Positions 9,981-20,529 of a stretch of 64,000 nucleotides of DNA are shown piece after piece. Position 1 is the first letter of the stretch. Every line of letters starts with the position of its first letter. A model generated the notes under the pieces. It saw only the letters and a list, made by a program, of their open reading frames with translations, was not told the origin of the DNA and made no database searches. Origin of the DNA: Desulfurococcaceae archaeon (GTDB lineage Archaea > Thermoproteota > Thermoprotei_A > Sulfolobales > Desulfurococcaceae); NCBI GenBank assembly GCA_038824035.1, contig JAWBBW010000001.1:101508-165507 (forward strand), in the 5' to 3' direction. The translations under genes were made by a program, and so were the position numbers.

Positions 9981-10075
9981 CCAGACCGATCGTTCTTAAT
10001 AAAATCGGGGGGTTTTATACCACGTGACGAGTGGATCGGGAGAAACAAATGCTTGTGAACTAGCATATATCGGTT

Positions 10076-10858
10076 TCAAGTCGATTTCATGAATTGGCTT
10101 AGAAATAATTCAGCCCCCTTAACTAGATACCTAATGTCATGCGATAATGAGATGAAATTATAGCCCATTTCAGCGAATTCCCTTGCCGTTTCAGGCGAAT
10201 TGGCCATTATACCGATGATCTTACCATATGGCTTAGCCCTCTTCACTATTTCAAATAGTATTTCCTTGAACTCCTCTGTATTTTGCATTCCATACATGCC
10301 TAATGAAGCGGAGAGATCTGAGGGGCCCACAAAGATCCCGGATAACCCTTCAACCGATATTATCTCCTCGAGGTTTTCAAGTCCTTTTTTAGTCTCTAAC
10401 TGGGCTATCACTATTGCATTTTGATTCCATTCATTGAAATACTTCGCTGAATCCCAAAACCCATACATCACACATCTCCTAGGCCCCACACCTCTTATGC
10501 CAGTTGGTGGATATTTAGCGGCCTCCACGGCTTTTTCAGCTTCTTCTTTCGTGTTCACCCATGGTACAATGACCCCGGCAACTCCTAGGTCAAGCGCTCT
10601 TTTTATGACGACGGGGTCATTCCACGGCGGCCTGATCAAAGGTATTAACTCGGGGTTTCTAATAGCCATTAACAACAACTCGGCTTTCTCAATATCTATT
10701 GGGGCGTGTTCCATGTCTATCAAAACCCAGTCAAAAGCCATATTACTGAGTATCTCCACTACCTCTGGATGTGGCATTGTCACCCAAGTGCCGAGTAACG
10801 GCTTACCTGATCCAAGTTTCTCTGAGACTCTTTTACGCCAGTAACCATATTGTGACAT
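10076..10858 (-). CDS. HpcH/HpaI family class II aldolase
   Basis: DWVLIDMEH, YPPTGIRG, QLET, FVGPSDLS. Confidence 0.92.
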   Translation of the reverse strand: MSQYGYWRKRVSEKLGSGKPLLGTWVTMPHPEVVEILSNMAFDWVLIDMEHAPIDIEKAELLLMAIRNPELIPLIRPPWNDPVVIKRALDLGVAGVIVPWVNTKEEAEKAVEAAKYPPTGIRGVGPRRCVMYGFWDSAKYFNEWNQNAIVIAQLETKKGLENLEEIISVEGLSGIFVGPSDLSASLGMYGMQNTEEFKEILFEIVKRAKPYGKIIGIMANSPETAREFAEMGYNFISLSHDIRYLVKGAELFLSQFMKST

Positions 10859-10905
10859 GTGGACACCGTGTCGATTAATAGTTTCCATAAGTAATAAACA
10901 CCCCG

Positions 10906-10951
10906 GTGATGATCAAGGTGTATTTCCAGATGTAGGGGCTCAATTAGCTGA
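10906..10951 (+). ncRNA. Box C/D sRNA candidate (weak C')
   Basis: C GTGATGA, 14 nt, D' CAGA, degenerate C', D CTGA. Confidence 0.4.
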
Positions 10952-11028
10952 TACAATAAAACCAGCTATTTATAAACCCCTCTCTCTATTCTGTTGAAAA
11001 GAAGGGGCCAGTAATTATGAGTTAACTA

Positions 11029-11898
11029 ATGGATAACGTGGAACAAGCCATTGTAAGGATAGCCAGGTCGAGCGACCTTTGTTCGATCTCAAGGATCTAT
11101 GCCAGATCCATGAGGGAATTGGGTAAAGAAAGTTTTGAGTGGCTCAGGGCTGTTTTGAGGACTAGGTCAAAAAGAATTGTGACACTGGTTTGTGAATTGA
11201 ATGGCGAAGTGACTGGGTTTACAATAGCGTACAAGAAAAGGAATGCAGCATATATAGAGAGCATAGCAGTGGATGAGAGCGCTAGAGGAAAAGGCATAGG
11301 TAGTATGCTTCTCAGTGAATTGGAGAAAACCCTAGCCAAGAAAGGAGTGGAGAAGGTATATCTAAGCGTTAAGAGCTGGAATATAGCCGCGCTCAACTTC
11401 TACCTTGGCAAGGGATATGGATTGAAAGGCGTGGTTTTTATAATGACAGGTGACCCAGACTACATGACCACTAGATATATCCCAGGCTACACGGTGATGG
11501 AGATAGCGGCCAGCAGGCTGAAAAAATACAGGATAAGGCCAACGACGTGGTGGAGTAACCTGGTCGAAGACATCGACTTATCTATTTACAAGAAGTTCTA
11601 CAAGGAAGAAAGAGCGATTATTGTGAAAAAAGACAACAGGGTAAAAGCGGTCACTACTTATAGCGTTAACGATGAACTAGTGGTTGATAATATATCATTG
11701 TCATCTTATAATGCTATCGAGGCACTAGAAGCAACTATAATGGCGCTCAGGAACATCGCCGTTGCCAGTGGATCCAGGCTGATCGAGATACCAGTAGATG
11801 CGTCTAAGAGACAACTTGTTAAGTTGATCAAGGAATACGGTTTCAAGGTGAGAGATTCCGAGTACTTGTTAATGAAAGATCTCTCGACAAACCACTAG
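11029..11898 (+). CDS. GNAT N-acetyltransferase with a second, degenerate domain
   Basis: IAVDESARGKGIGS acetyl-CoA motif; NIAALNFY. Confidence 0.88.
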   Translation: MDNVEQAIVRIARSSDLCSISRIYARSMRELGKESFEWLRAVLRTRSKRIVTLVCELNGEVTGFTIAYKKRNAAYIESIAVDESARGKGIGSMLLSELEKTLAKKGVEKVYLSVKSWNIAALNFYLGKGYGLKGVVFIMTGDPDYMTTRYIPGYTVMEIAASRLKKYRIRPTTWWSNLVEDIDLSIYKKFYKEERAIIVKKDNRVKAVTTYSVNDELVVDNISLSSYNAIEALEATIMALRNIAVASGSRLIEIPVDASKRQLVKLIKEYGFKVRDSEYLLMKDLSTNH

Positions 11899-11978
11899 TT
11901 ATGGTTAAAATGCTGTGGCAACGTACCTAAGAAGTATATGAGGGCCTTCACACTTTTGCCGAGATGAGAGTGATCTAG

Positions 11979-13493
11979 GTGAGCGTAGACATAGCTGAGA
12001 GAATAGCTAGTGGTAGTTTCATATTAACAGTTGGGCAAACCCTATCACTGATCATAGGTACTATTTTCAGCTTCGTAATAGCTAGGCTTCTTGGACCCGA
12101 TAATTACGGATTACTCAGCATCTCGTTGACCTATCCATTAATGGTATCGAACCTAATGGATCTTGGTCTAGGTGGGGTTATAGCCAGGTATGTGGCCGAG
12201 CCTGGTAAGGATAGGCCTATATATGCGTGGACAGGGGTATTGATAAGGCTTTCCTCGAGCATTGTCGGCGGCTTAGCGGTGTATTTGTTATCGGATTTCT
12301 TCGCAAGCCTGCTCGCAAGACCGGATATAGCCATTTTCATAAGGGTTTTATCTATATACTCGTGTTGCACATCGATACTAAGCCCTTTGATAGCGGTTTT
12401 CAATGGGCTCGGTAAATACAAGCTAGCGGCATCTGTGAACATCGTGCAGTATTGTGTAAGGGGTCCATTGACTATAGCCCTGGTATTAATGGGAACGGGT
12501 GTTAATGGGGCTGTCATCGCGTATTCAGCGTCATATCTACTCGTCTCATTAATATACATGGCAATATACACTAATATCGTGAAGCCCGTAGCCTTCTCAA
12601 CGAGGATTTTAAAAGAAATGATATACCTTGCACTACCGCTTTATGCCTCATCTATCAGCGATATCGCGTTAAAGCCGGTAGTGGATTCAATACTGGCACG
12701 CCATGTCTCTAATTACGAGCTCGGTAATTATGCTGTCGCGCTCAATTCCCTTATGCCTCTTGGCGCGCTTCTGGGCGCTATTTCCACGGCAGTGTTGACA
12801 TCTTTCCCGTTGATCAGTGGTGATCAAGCGTTACTGAGAGAGAACGCCAGGAACATCGCGGTATATTCATCTGCCGTTTTCACGGCGATCGGCATGTGTT
12901 ATTTATCCGTGATAACGCCATTGGTACACATTCTCTACGGTAAATCATATGCAGATGCACCTGTCTACGCGCTCTTATATTCCGCTAGCCAAGTGATCCC
13001 AGTGATCCTGGGCTCGCTGGTCATAGGCAATTACTTGCTGACAATTAAGGCGACATTGTTAGGCGGCATTATCGGTGTAATTAGAAGCGTGTCCATAGCT
13101 ATCTTCACATATTTATGGGTCCCATTCCACGGTGTGGTAGGAGCCGCCTTGGCTGCCTTGATTGGCTCTACGCTCTCCTCTTTGATAGGGCTGATCCTGG
13201 TTTACAAGGCCACAGGGCTCTTGATTAATGTGGTCGACTCGGTCAGGATATCTCTTCCATCTATGATATCGTTCACGGTAGCTTACATGATCTCAGCCCA
13301 GTTCACGAGGCTATCGATCTCCTTTCTAACCGGGCTAATAACGTACATGACCTTGTACCTTATCATATCGCCGTTTTTCGTAAAGAAACCAGTAATAAGG
13401 AAGATTGCTGAATTAGCGTGCAAGCTGGAATACATAGGATGGATTATAAAGCCGATCACACGTATTTACTTGAAATTAGTTCTCCGCGAATAG
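11979..13493 (+). CDS. Oligosaccharide flippase (Wzx/MOP family)
   Basis: ARLLGPDNYG, DLGL, GNYAVA; many transmembrane segments. Confidence 0.88.
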   Translation: MSVDIAERIASGSFILTVGQTLSLIIGTIFSFVIARLLGPDNYGLLSISLTYPLMVSNLMDLGLGGVIARYVAEPGKDRPIYAWTGVLIRLSSSIVGGLAVYLLSDFFASLLARPDIAIFIRVLSIYSCCTSILSPLIAVFNGLGKYKLAASVNIVQYCVRGPLTIALVLMGTGVNGAVIAYSASYLLVSLIYMAIYTNIVKPVAFSTRILKEMIYLALPLYASSISDIALKPVVDSILARHVSNYELGNYAVALNSLMPLGALLGAISTAVLTSFPLISGDQALLRENARNIAVYSSAVFTAIGMCYLSVITPLVHILYGKSYADAPVYALLYSASQVIPVILGSLVIGNYLLTIKATLLGGIIGVIRSVSIAIFTYLWVPFHGVVGAALAALIGSTLSSLIGLILVYKATGLLINVVDSVRISLPSMISFTVAYMISAQFTRLSISFLTGLITYMTLYLIISPFFVKKPVIRKIAELACKLEYIGWIIKPITRIYLKLVLRE

Positions 13494-13547
13494 CTCTGAA
13501 TAGGTGTTTTTAAAGCCATTGCTATTTAAGTATTTCCGGTGTACGCC

Positions 13548-14936
13548 TTGGATATTCAAAAACTAGAGAAGTTTATCCTAGACAAGATGTCTAAAAACAA
13601 AATGCCTGGTCTCTCCATCGCTATTTACCGGGATGGAGAAATCGTATATGCAAATGGATTTGGATTTAAGGACATAGAATCGTCACAACCCCCTACGCCT
13701 AGGACTAATTACTGCATAGGGTCTATTACAAAGGCGTTCACAGCCACAGCTATTATGCAATTATATGAAAAAGGGCTCTTAGATATCGAGGATCCAGTTA
13801 ACAAGTATATCGATGTCCTAAAATCCGGTGATATAAAAATACATCACTTGTTAACACACACTTCTGGTATACCTGCACTGGGATATGCCGAGGCGTTGAT
13901 TGACAGCTATTATGAACTTGGTGGGCCATGGTTACCAGCTTCAAAGCCCGATGATGTGCTTATCTACATGGGTGATTATGATTCCTGGATATTGTTCAAG
14001 CCCGGCGAGAGATGGCTGTATTTGAACGAGGGCTATGTCTTACTGGGCAAGATCATTGAGAAGGTGACAAATACGGGTTACGAGGAATATGTTAAGCGGC
14101 ATATACTGGACAAACTAGGCATGGATAAGAGCTATTTCAGTAGAGAGGATTATTTAAAAGACCCTGATAAAGCAACACCCTATAGAATAGGGCAGGACCA
14201 AAAGCTGATCAAATCTGAGCCATTGTTCGGTATAACAGCCGATGGCGGCTTATTCAGCAACGCGATCGATCTATTGAAATTCGCCGAAATGATGATCAAC
14301 AGGGGTGTTTACAAAGATACCATTTTACTCAACAAGGAAACAGTGGAGTTAATGGAGAAGCCGCATGTGAAATTACCGTATGAAACACCCACAAGCCGCT
14401 ACTATGGTTATGGATTAATAATACACGATGATTTCCACGGCAGAAAATTAATAGGGCACAGTGGATCCGTATATGTGTACACGGCTTACATGGGCTATAT
14501 CCCAGATGACAAGATCGCTATAACAGTGTTCGCCAATTCAACCGGGTATCCATTATCCCTCATAGGTGCATATGCCTTGACACTGGCCCTTGGATTAAAC
14601 CCGGAGAAAACGCTTAACCCCATTAAATATGAGCAAATACTTAGCAATATAGAGGGGTTTTACACTGGTTACAGGGATTCTGTCCAAATAAGGGTTAAGG
14701 CCAATGGCGCGGCGTTGATATTCGAGGATCAATGGAGAAAGACGCAGACACCGGCTTTCCCGGAGAAATTGGAGGAGAACTATGCATTGTTCTATATATA
14801 CAATATCGCTGGCAAAATACCAGTGGAGTTTTTCATTAACAAGGACAAGGTCATAATGATATATGAGAGATATGTATTAGTCAAGGAGGTCCATAGAATT
14901 GAGACATCAACGAGTCTTGTACAACAGGGTTTATGA
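13548..14936 (+). CDS. Beta-lactamase-family serine hydrolase (Pab87/CubicO-like peptidase)
   Basis: SITK, LLTHTSG, YLN, HSG motifs. Confidence 0.9.
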   Translation: MDIQKLEKFILDKMSKNKMPGLSIAIYRDGEIVYANGFGFKDIESSQPPTPRTNYCIGSITKAFTATAIMQLYEKGLLDIEDPVNKYIDVLKSGDIKIHHLLTHTSGIPALGYAEALIDSYYELGGPWLPASKPDDVLIYMGDYDSWILFKPGERWLYLNEGYVLLGKIIEKVTNTGYEEYVKRHILDKLGMDKSYFSREDYLKDPDKATPYRIGQDQKLIKSEPLFGITADGGLFSNAIDLLKFAEMMINRGVYKDTILLNKETVELMEKPHVKLPYETPTSRYYGYGLIIHDDFHGRKLIGHSGSVYVYTAYMGYIPDDKIAITVFANSTGYPLSLIGAYALTLALGLNPEKTLNPIKYEQILSNIEGFYTGYRDSVQIRVKANGAALIFEDQWRKTQTPAFPEKLEENYALFYIYNIAGKIPVEFFINKDKVIMIYERYVLVKEVHRIETSTSLVQQGL

Positions 14937-14977
14937 TCAACGAGTTTGATTAGGTCTCTTTATGTGAGGCATTGTGT

Positions 14978-15913
14978 ATGGCTAAGTCCAAGGTTTTATT
15001 CGCAAAGGCGAAATTAGAGAAACTTGAAAGAGAACGTAGTTTGCCATTTAAGTTCGCGAAACTGCTAGATCAGAGCCCATTACGCGAGATCGTAATAGAG
15101 GGCAACATAGTTGCGATAAAAATACACGTGGGCGATATGCATCACGGCGGTTATAGGACTATAAGGCCGATTTTCGTCAGGATCCTTGTTGACTATGTCA
15201 AGAAGCTAGGTGGTATTCCATTCATAACGGATACATGGGGGTTAAAACACATGATCATCGGTGTCGAGAACGGCTATAATTACGAGACAATTGGCGCGAT
15301 ACCCGTGCCTGTATCGGGGATAAAGGAGACAGATGTGGTGAAAATAAGCGTTCCCAACCCACTCAGAATATCAGAGGTCGACGTGGGATCAGCCGTTTTC
15401 CATGCCGATGTATTGATCAATTTTGCACACAGCAAGGGACATCCATCCCCAGGTTATGGTGGGGCTATAAAGAACATCGCAATGGGGTGTATTGGGCCGA
15501 ACACAAGATCAGCTATACACAACTTGGAACGAGACGATCCAACTGGCAGGGCTTTTCAAGAAGGCTTAGTGGATGCCGTGCACGCCGTTTTGTTGAACAA
15601 GCCGAGAAAGGCGTTTCACATAAATTACGTGATGGATGTTCAACCAACTTGTGATTGTGCACCGTGGTCAGATATACCGATAGTGCCGGATATAGGTATC
15701 CTAGCATCGGACGACATAGTGGCACTTGAAAAGGCCACGTTAGACCTGATAAACCAGGCACCCGTAATACCAGGGTCTATTGGCGAGAAAGCAGGGCTTA
15801 AACCAGGTGATAACAAGTTCCTAGTGATCCATGGTAAAGACCCCTATATACAGGTTGAGGCTGGTTTCAAAAAGGGGTTAGGGCAATTGGATTACGAGAT
15901 CGTGGAGGTGTAG
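14978..15913 (+). CDS. DUF362 Fe-S protein
   Basis: AIKIHVG, HSKGH...GGAIKNIAMGC, CDC...DIGILAS. Confidence 0.85.
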   Translation: MAKSKVLFAKAKLEKLERERSLPFKFAKLLDQSPLREIVIEGNIVAIKIHVGDMHHGGYRTIRPIFVRILVDYVKKLGGIPFITDTWGLKHMIIGVENGYNYETIGAIPVPVSGIKETDVVKISVPNPLRISEVDVGSAVFHADVLINFAHSKGHPSPGYGGAIKNIAMGCIGPNTRSAIHNLERDDPTGRAFQEGLVDAVHAVLLNKPRKAFHINYVMDVQPTCDCAPWSDIPIVPDIGILASDDIVALEKATLDLINQAPVIPGSIGEKAGLKPGDNKFLVIHGKDPYIQVEAGFKKGLGQLDYEIVEV

Positions 15914-15915
15914 AG

Positions 15916-16143
15916 ATGGGTCAACAACACAGTGTAGTAGTTGATGTAGACAAGTGCATTGGATGTGCACAGTGTTATGTAACCTGTCCAAACAAGGTCT
16001 TTGTGATATTCAATAGGAAATCAATACCAAAGTACCAAGAAAGATGTGTTGGCTGTAGAGCATGTGTTGTTAAATGCCCTGTTAACGCTATATCAGTCAC
16101 GCCAAGGGATCTCCGAGCCCCGTTCGCCAGGTTTTATGAATAG
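15916..16143 (+). CDS. 2x[4Fe-4S] ferredoxin
   Basis: CIGCAQCYVTCP and CVGCRACVVKCP. Confidence 0.93.
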   Translation: MGQQHSVVVDVDKCIGCAQCYVTCPNKVFVIFNRKSIPKYQERCVGCRACVVKCPVNAISVTPRDLRAPFARFYE

Positions 16144-16177
16144 TTTACATAATCACCGAACCCCTTGGTCAATTTTC

Positions 16178-17524
16178 TTAAACAACTTTTCTAGCTAGTT
16201 TATTGAAATACCTCTGGAACACGGTGATCAATATTATCCCCCTGGCATACACATCTATGAACATTGAAAGCCATGGACCTATAACCCCTAGATGGTTTGC
16301 CAATAATATAGATGGTATAACCCTGAACACTATTAGCGAGGAAGTGTTAATCACAAGGGGGATCTTAGTATCACCAGCGCCCCTTATAGCGCCACTAGTT
16401 ATCATTGATAAACCAAGCCCCAGTTCACTGAACCCGGCAAAAGCCAGGTATATTGATGCAAGTCTCCTAATCTCCTCGTTTGGCGCAAAAGGCATGGTTA
16501 TGTAATATCCCGTGAAACCAACTACTATCCCTATAACCGTCATTATCGATGTGCCAAGCATTATTGTCTTGAATCCAATGCTTTTACCGCCATTGATATC
16601 CCCTCTGCCTATTCTTTGTCCAACCAATGTCGAGGCAGTCATCATGAAAGCGAATCCAGGCATATATATGATGCTCTCTATTCTCAAGCCAATATTATGC
16701 GCAGCCATGGCCGTGCTACCGAGCCTGGAGATCACGCCAGCGTAGATATTGTTGCCAAGCGCGAAAAAGGCCCTCTCAATGAAAGCTGGCCATCCTATTT
16801 CCAAGATCCTCTTTAAGCCCACTTCATTACGGAATAATGGTATAAGCCCCATGTTCCTCAAAAACCTCAGTTGCAATGGCATGACTAATAAAGATGCAGT
16901 GATTGTTGCATAAGCGGCCCCGGCTACGCCCAGTCTCGGAAAACCGAATAAACCATAGATCATGAGCGGGTCTAGGACTATGTTGGCCAAGAGCCCAGTT
17001 GCATTGGCCATGAGGGAGAACATTGTTCTGCCCGTAGCTATGATCAAGATATCTAGAGAACTAGTTATGAACATGACTATGAGCCCCGAAACCCTGATCT
17101 TGAAATAGACTAAAGTGTATTCATATGTTAACCCGGTAGCACCTGATTGCATCATCACTAACGGCCCTGATAGGAGAAACGCGATCAAGCTGATGAACAA
17201 CGTGAACAGAGAACCCTTTAGAATTATCTCTCCTCCAATCCTCCTGGCCTTATCGAAATCGCCAGCCCCAATGCTCTGTGATGCCATTATCACCAATGGC
17301 GTGGAGAATAAAGCCATGAAAACGAGTATCAGATTCAGTAAATATCCGGCAATACCTAGAGCGGCTAACGCCTCTTCACCCAGGTCTTTGACGAAATACG
17401 TATCTGTGAGCGAATAGAGAGTCCCCACTAACTGGATGAATACAAGAGGCAGAGAGACCTTCAACGATGCCAATATCTCTCCATCCCTAAGAATATCTAG
17501 CAAATTGTAGACTCGTCTCAACAT
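16178..17524 (-). CDS. MATE family transporter
   Basis: DTYFV..LG..ALAA, NIVLDPLMIYG, RGAGDTK. Confidence 0.92.
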   Translation of the reverse strand: MLRRVYNLLDILRDGEILASLKVSLPLVFIQLVGTLYSLTDTYFVKDLGEEALAALGIAGYLLNLILVFMALFSTPLVIMASQSIGAGDFDKARRIGGEIILKGSLFTLFISLIAFLLSGPLVMMQSGATGLTYEYTLVYFKIRVSGLIVMFITSSLDILIIATGRTMFSLMANATGLLANIVLDPLMIYGLFGFPRLGVAGAAYATITASLLVMPLQLRFLRNMGLIPLFRNEVGLKRILEIGWPAFIERAFFALGNNIYAGVISRLGSTAMAAHNIGLRIESIIYMPGFAFMMTASTLVGQRIGRGDINGGKSIGFKTIMLGTSIMTVIGIVVGFTGYYITMPFAPNEEIRRLASIYLAFAGFSELGLGLSMITSGAIRGAGDTKIPLVINTSSLIVFRVIPSILLANHLGVIGPWLSMFIDVYARGIILITVFQRYFNKLARKVV

Positions 17525-17601
17525 ATATCACTTGGCCAGGCTTCTAGATAACAATGATTGATTGGGGAAAAACTATGAAGGGGTTGAATATATGTTGGCG
17601 A

Positions 17602-18483
17602 TTATGACTGGTTCGCTTGCTTGATCAAGTACCTGTACAAGGTGCCCCATATGTATTCGTCATTTCTTAGCTTATTCTCGAAGTTATTTATATTCGCCCA
17701 GTCTATGAAAGCTCTCTCGGTCTCATCGTTCCATGTACCGGTTATCTCGCCTTTGTAATAGCCCAGTTTACGCAATGCTTCTTGAACGCTTCTAGCCACG
17801 TCCTGTTTCTTGACAATATCGCTTGGTCTCTCCCTTGTCAGCAATGTGAGCTCCCAGATCTCGAATAATCTCCGCAACTCCTTGACAGGTTCCGGATGAT
17901 CATCAACTCTTAGGTCAACGTACTTGTCTATAAGGCCGAGATAGCCGCCTTTTTCGCGTAGAACTATGATGGCGGCTGATTGCTTACCTCTCCTATCACC
18001 GCCTGCTTTGTCGCCAGCCTCTAACGCGCTCAGCAATTTATCCACAAGCTCGCCTCCAGTGGTTTCAAATGCCCTGGCCATGGATTCCAAGACCTCTGGC
18101 CCGATCAATATATTGCCCTGGACAGCGAATCCATCACCCACTATATGGCCAGCATATGGATAACACTCCTTGCCGGTGAACGCGGCCGCATCGCCTTTCG
18201 CATCCACTATCCCGATCTGCCTGTGATCTCTCATAGGGTCTTCACTTGTCAATATTTCGACAACTCTCCTAGCACTATATCCTTTCTCCAGTAGTTCCAA
18301 TCCACGTGGGCCGTACATGGGGTTGGCCAATGCCTGTGTTGCAATTGCGCCAACCTTTGTCTTAACCCATGGCACGATCGAGCCAACGGCTATGAACTTC
18401 GATGCAACAGCCACTCCTAGGTCTCCCCTATCCCTGTCAAAGCCCACGATCGAATATGTGGCCACAATCAATCTCTCTTTCAA
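17602..18483 (-). CDS. DUF1028 Ntn-hydrolase-like protein with C-terminal PG-binding-like domain
   Basis: TYSIVG...GVAVAS...ATQA...GGDRRGKQSAA...DLRVDDH; N-terminal Thr. Confidence 0.88.
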   Translation of the reverse strand: MKERLIVATYSIVGFDRDRGDLGVAVASKFIAVGSIVPWVKTKVGAIATQALANPMYGPRGLELLEKGYSARRVVEILTSEDPMRDHRQIGIVDAKGDAAAFTGKECYPYAGHIVGDGFAVQGNILIGPEVLESMARAFETTGGELVDKLLSALEAGDKAGGDRRGKQSAAIIVLREKGGYLGLIDKYVDLRVDDHPEPVKELRRLFEIWELTLLTRERPSDIVKKQDVARSVQEALRKLGYYKGEITGTWNDETERAFIDWANINNFENKLRNDEYIWGTLYRYLIKQANQS

Positions 18484-18603
18484 GCACAGCACCCCATAGT
18501 ATGAAAAGCACGTGGCGTTAATAAACATGGTGTTAACGAGGTATTGTTTCGTGGAGTAATGCTTAAAGCCTTTGACATGTTTTCAAAATCCGGTGATATA
18601 GCT

Positions 18604-19770
18604 TTGGCCGGGCTCTCTACAAGGGCCATTCATGGTCATGAACACGCGGACTCTTTGGGTTCACATATACCACCAATATACCTGAGTGCTATATACGAGT
18701 ACGTGGACTACGAACTGGGCGAAGCGGTGTTTGTGGATAGAGGTAATTATCTAAGATATGGCAGAGAAGAGAACCCGACAACGAGGGCGTTGGAAAGGGT
18801 CATCGCCAAATTAGAGAGAGCACAGGATTCCCTCGCGTTTAACAGCGGTATGTCATCCATTTCCACGGTTTTCTTATGGGGGCTTAAACCGGGCGATAAA
18901 GTCGTTATCCCAATGGAGGTCTACAGCTCCACCCTTGCATTGCTGAACAACATAGCCCCTAAACTATGTGTGAAAGTGGAGAGGGTTTGGCCAAGTGCCG
19001 AGGCAGTGGTAGAGTCCATTGACAATAAGACATCAATGGTGTTCTTAGAGGTCATGACAAATCCGACTAACAAGGTCATAGACCTCGATTACATATATAA
19101 GAACATGGATATCGATAGAGTGATGCTAGTAGTCGACAACACGTTTACAACCCCTGTTATATTGAAACCGATTAAGTATGGGGCTAGATTAGTAATACAT
19201 AGCATGACTAAGTATTTCGGCGGCCACAACGATGTTGTGGGCGGTGCTGTGGCCGGTCATTCAGGCGATATTAAATCATTATGGGAGTGGAGGAGAATGC
19301 TGGGAGGGATATTACAGCCATTTGAATCATACATGGTGCTGAGAGGGGTTAAAACACTTGAAATAAGGTTTGAGAAACACTCCAGTAATGCAAAGGCGGT
19401 TGCAGAGTACCTGAGGGATCATAGCAAAGTCGAAGAAGTGATGTATCCCGGGTTAAGCGATAACCCATATCACGGGATAGCTAGGAAAATATTTGAGAAA
19501 CCACTATATGGTGGAGTAGTGAGTTTCAAGATAAAAGGGTCGTACACCGATGTCGTGAGTTTCATGAAGAGATTGAAATTAATTAAGAGATGTCCAAGCC
19601 TAGGCGGCACAGAGTCCATGGCCGTGATACCGATCAAGGCTGGAGCCATGTTCATAGACCCAGAGCACAGGGCTAAACTAGGTATAACTGAAAACCTCGT
19701 CAGGCTTTCAATTGGGTTGGAAAATATCGAGGATATAATAGAGGATTTATCCCAGGCACTGAATTTCTAG
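18604..19770 (+). CDS. Cystathionine gamma-synthase/lyase family PLP enzyme
   Basis: YGREENPT, DNTF, SMTKYFGGHND, SLGG, RLSIGLE. Confidence 0.92.
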   Translation: MAGLSTRAIHGHEHADSLGSHIPPIYLSAIYEYVDYELGEAVFVDRGNYLRYGREENPTTRALERVIAKLERAQDSLAFNSGMSSISTVFLWGLKPGDKVVIPMEVYSSTLALLNNIAPKLCVKVERVWPSAEAVVESIDNKTSMVFLEVMTNPTNKVIDLDYIYKNMDIDRVMLVVDNTFTTPVILKPIKYGARLVIHSMTKYFGGHNDVVGGAVAGHSGDIKSLWEWRRMLGGILQPFESYMVLRGVKTLEIRFEKHSSNAKAVAEYLRDHSKVEEVMYPGLSDNPYHGIARKIFEKPLYGGVVSFKIKGSYTDVVSFMKRLKLIKRCPSLGGTESMAVIPIKAGAMFIDPEHRAKLGITENLVRLSIGLENIEDIIEDLSQALNF

Positions 19771-19776
19771 GCCCAT

Positions 19777-20529
19777 TCACTCGATATCATAGATCAGCTT
19801 AAACTTATCCTTGAGGTCCACAACCCTTTTGATCACCACTTTGCCAACCTCTCCTGTGTACTTGACATGTGTACCTGTACATGGTATGGCATTGATACCT
19901 TCTATGACGACGACTCTATAATTACTCGCCACTGGCAATCTACGTAGATTGGGGGCGTTGAAAACAACGGCATCTAGTTCATCCCTATTCACATTTACTA
20001 TTTTAACGGGGATATTCGATGAAACCACGTTATTGGCTATGCCCTCGATCTCCTTGACGAGATCTGGGCTAGGAGCCTCAGCATCATATACGATATACGG
20101 TTCTGGAGGGCTATGATAGGCCTCGATGGTCTCAACTACTCTTCCATAAACTGTTTTAACAGCGTAGTCCAGTATATGTCCAGCTGTGTGTAATCTCATG
20201 TTCCTATATCTCTTTCCCCAGTCCAATACCAACCTAACTCTCATCCCCTGCAATAGCTCGCCTTTTAGGAGTTTGCCATAATGTACGATTACATCCCCGA
20301 TTTGCAACACTTTCTCGACTTTGAATAACAGTGAATCGTTATCGATGAATCCAGTATCATTTGATTGACCTCCTGCCTTGGGATGAAAGATCGTGCCATG
20401 TAGTACCAGGTAATACTTATTTCCCCTTTCACGTAGAACGCCCTGTATATTTGTATATAGCTCTTTCACATATGAATCCTCTAAGTAAACTCTATGAGTG
20501 GGCCCAAACTCGGAGACCCATTTCCTCAT
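19777..20529 (-). CDS. alaX: AlaX tRNA-editing protein (AlaX-M)
   Basis: FHPKAGGQ..D, HTAGH, CTGTHV zinc motifs. Confidence 0.9.
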   Translation of the reverse strand: MRKWVSEFGPTHRVYLEDSYVKELYTNIQGVLRERGNKYYLVLHGTIFHPKAGGQSNDTGFIDNDSLLFKVEKVLQIGDVIVHYGKLLKGELLQGMRVRLVLDWGKRYRNMRLHTAGHILDYAVKTVYGRVVETIEAYHSPPEPYIVYDAEAPSPDLVKEIEGIANNVVSSNIPVKIVNVNRDELDAVVFNAPNLRRLPVASNYRVVVIEGINAIPCTGTHVKYTGEVGKVVIKRVVDLKDKFKLIYDIE

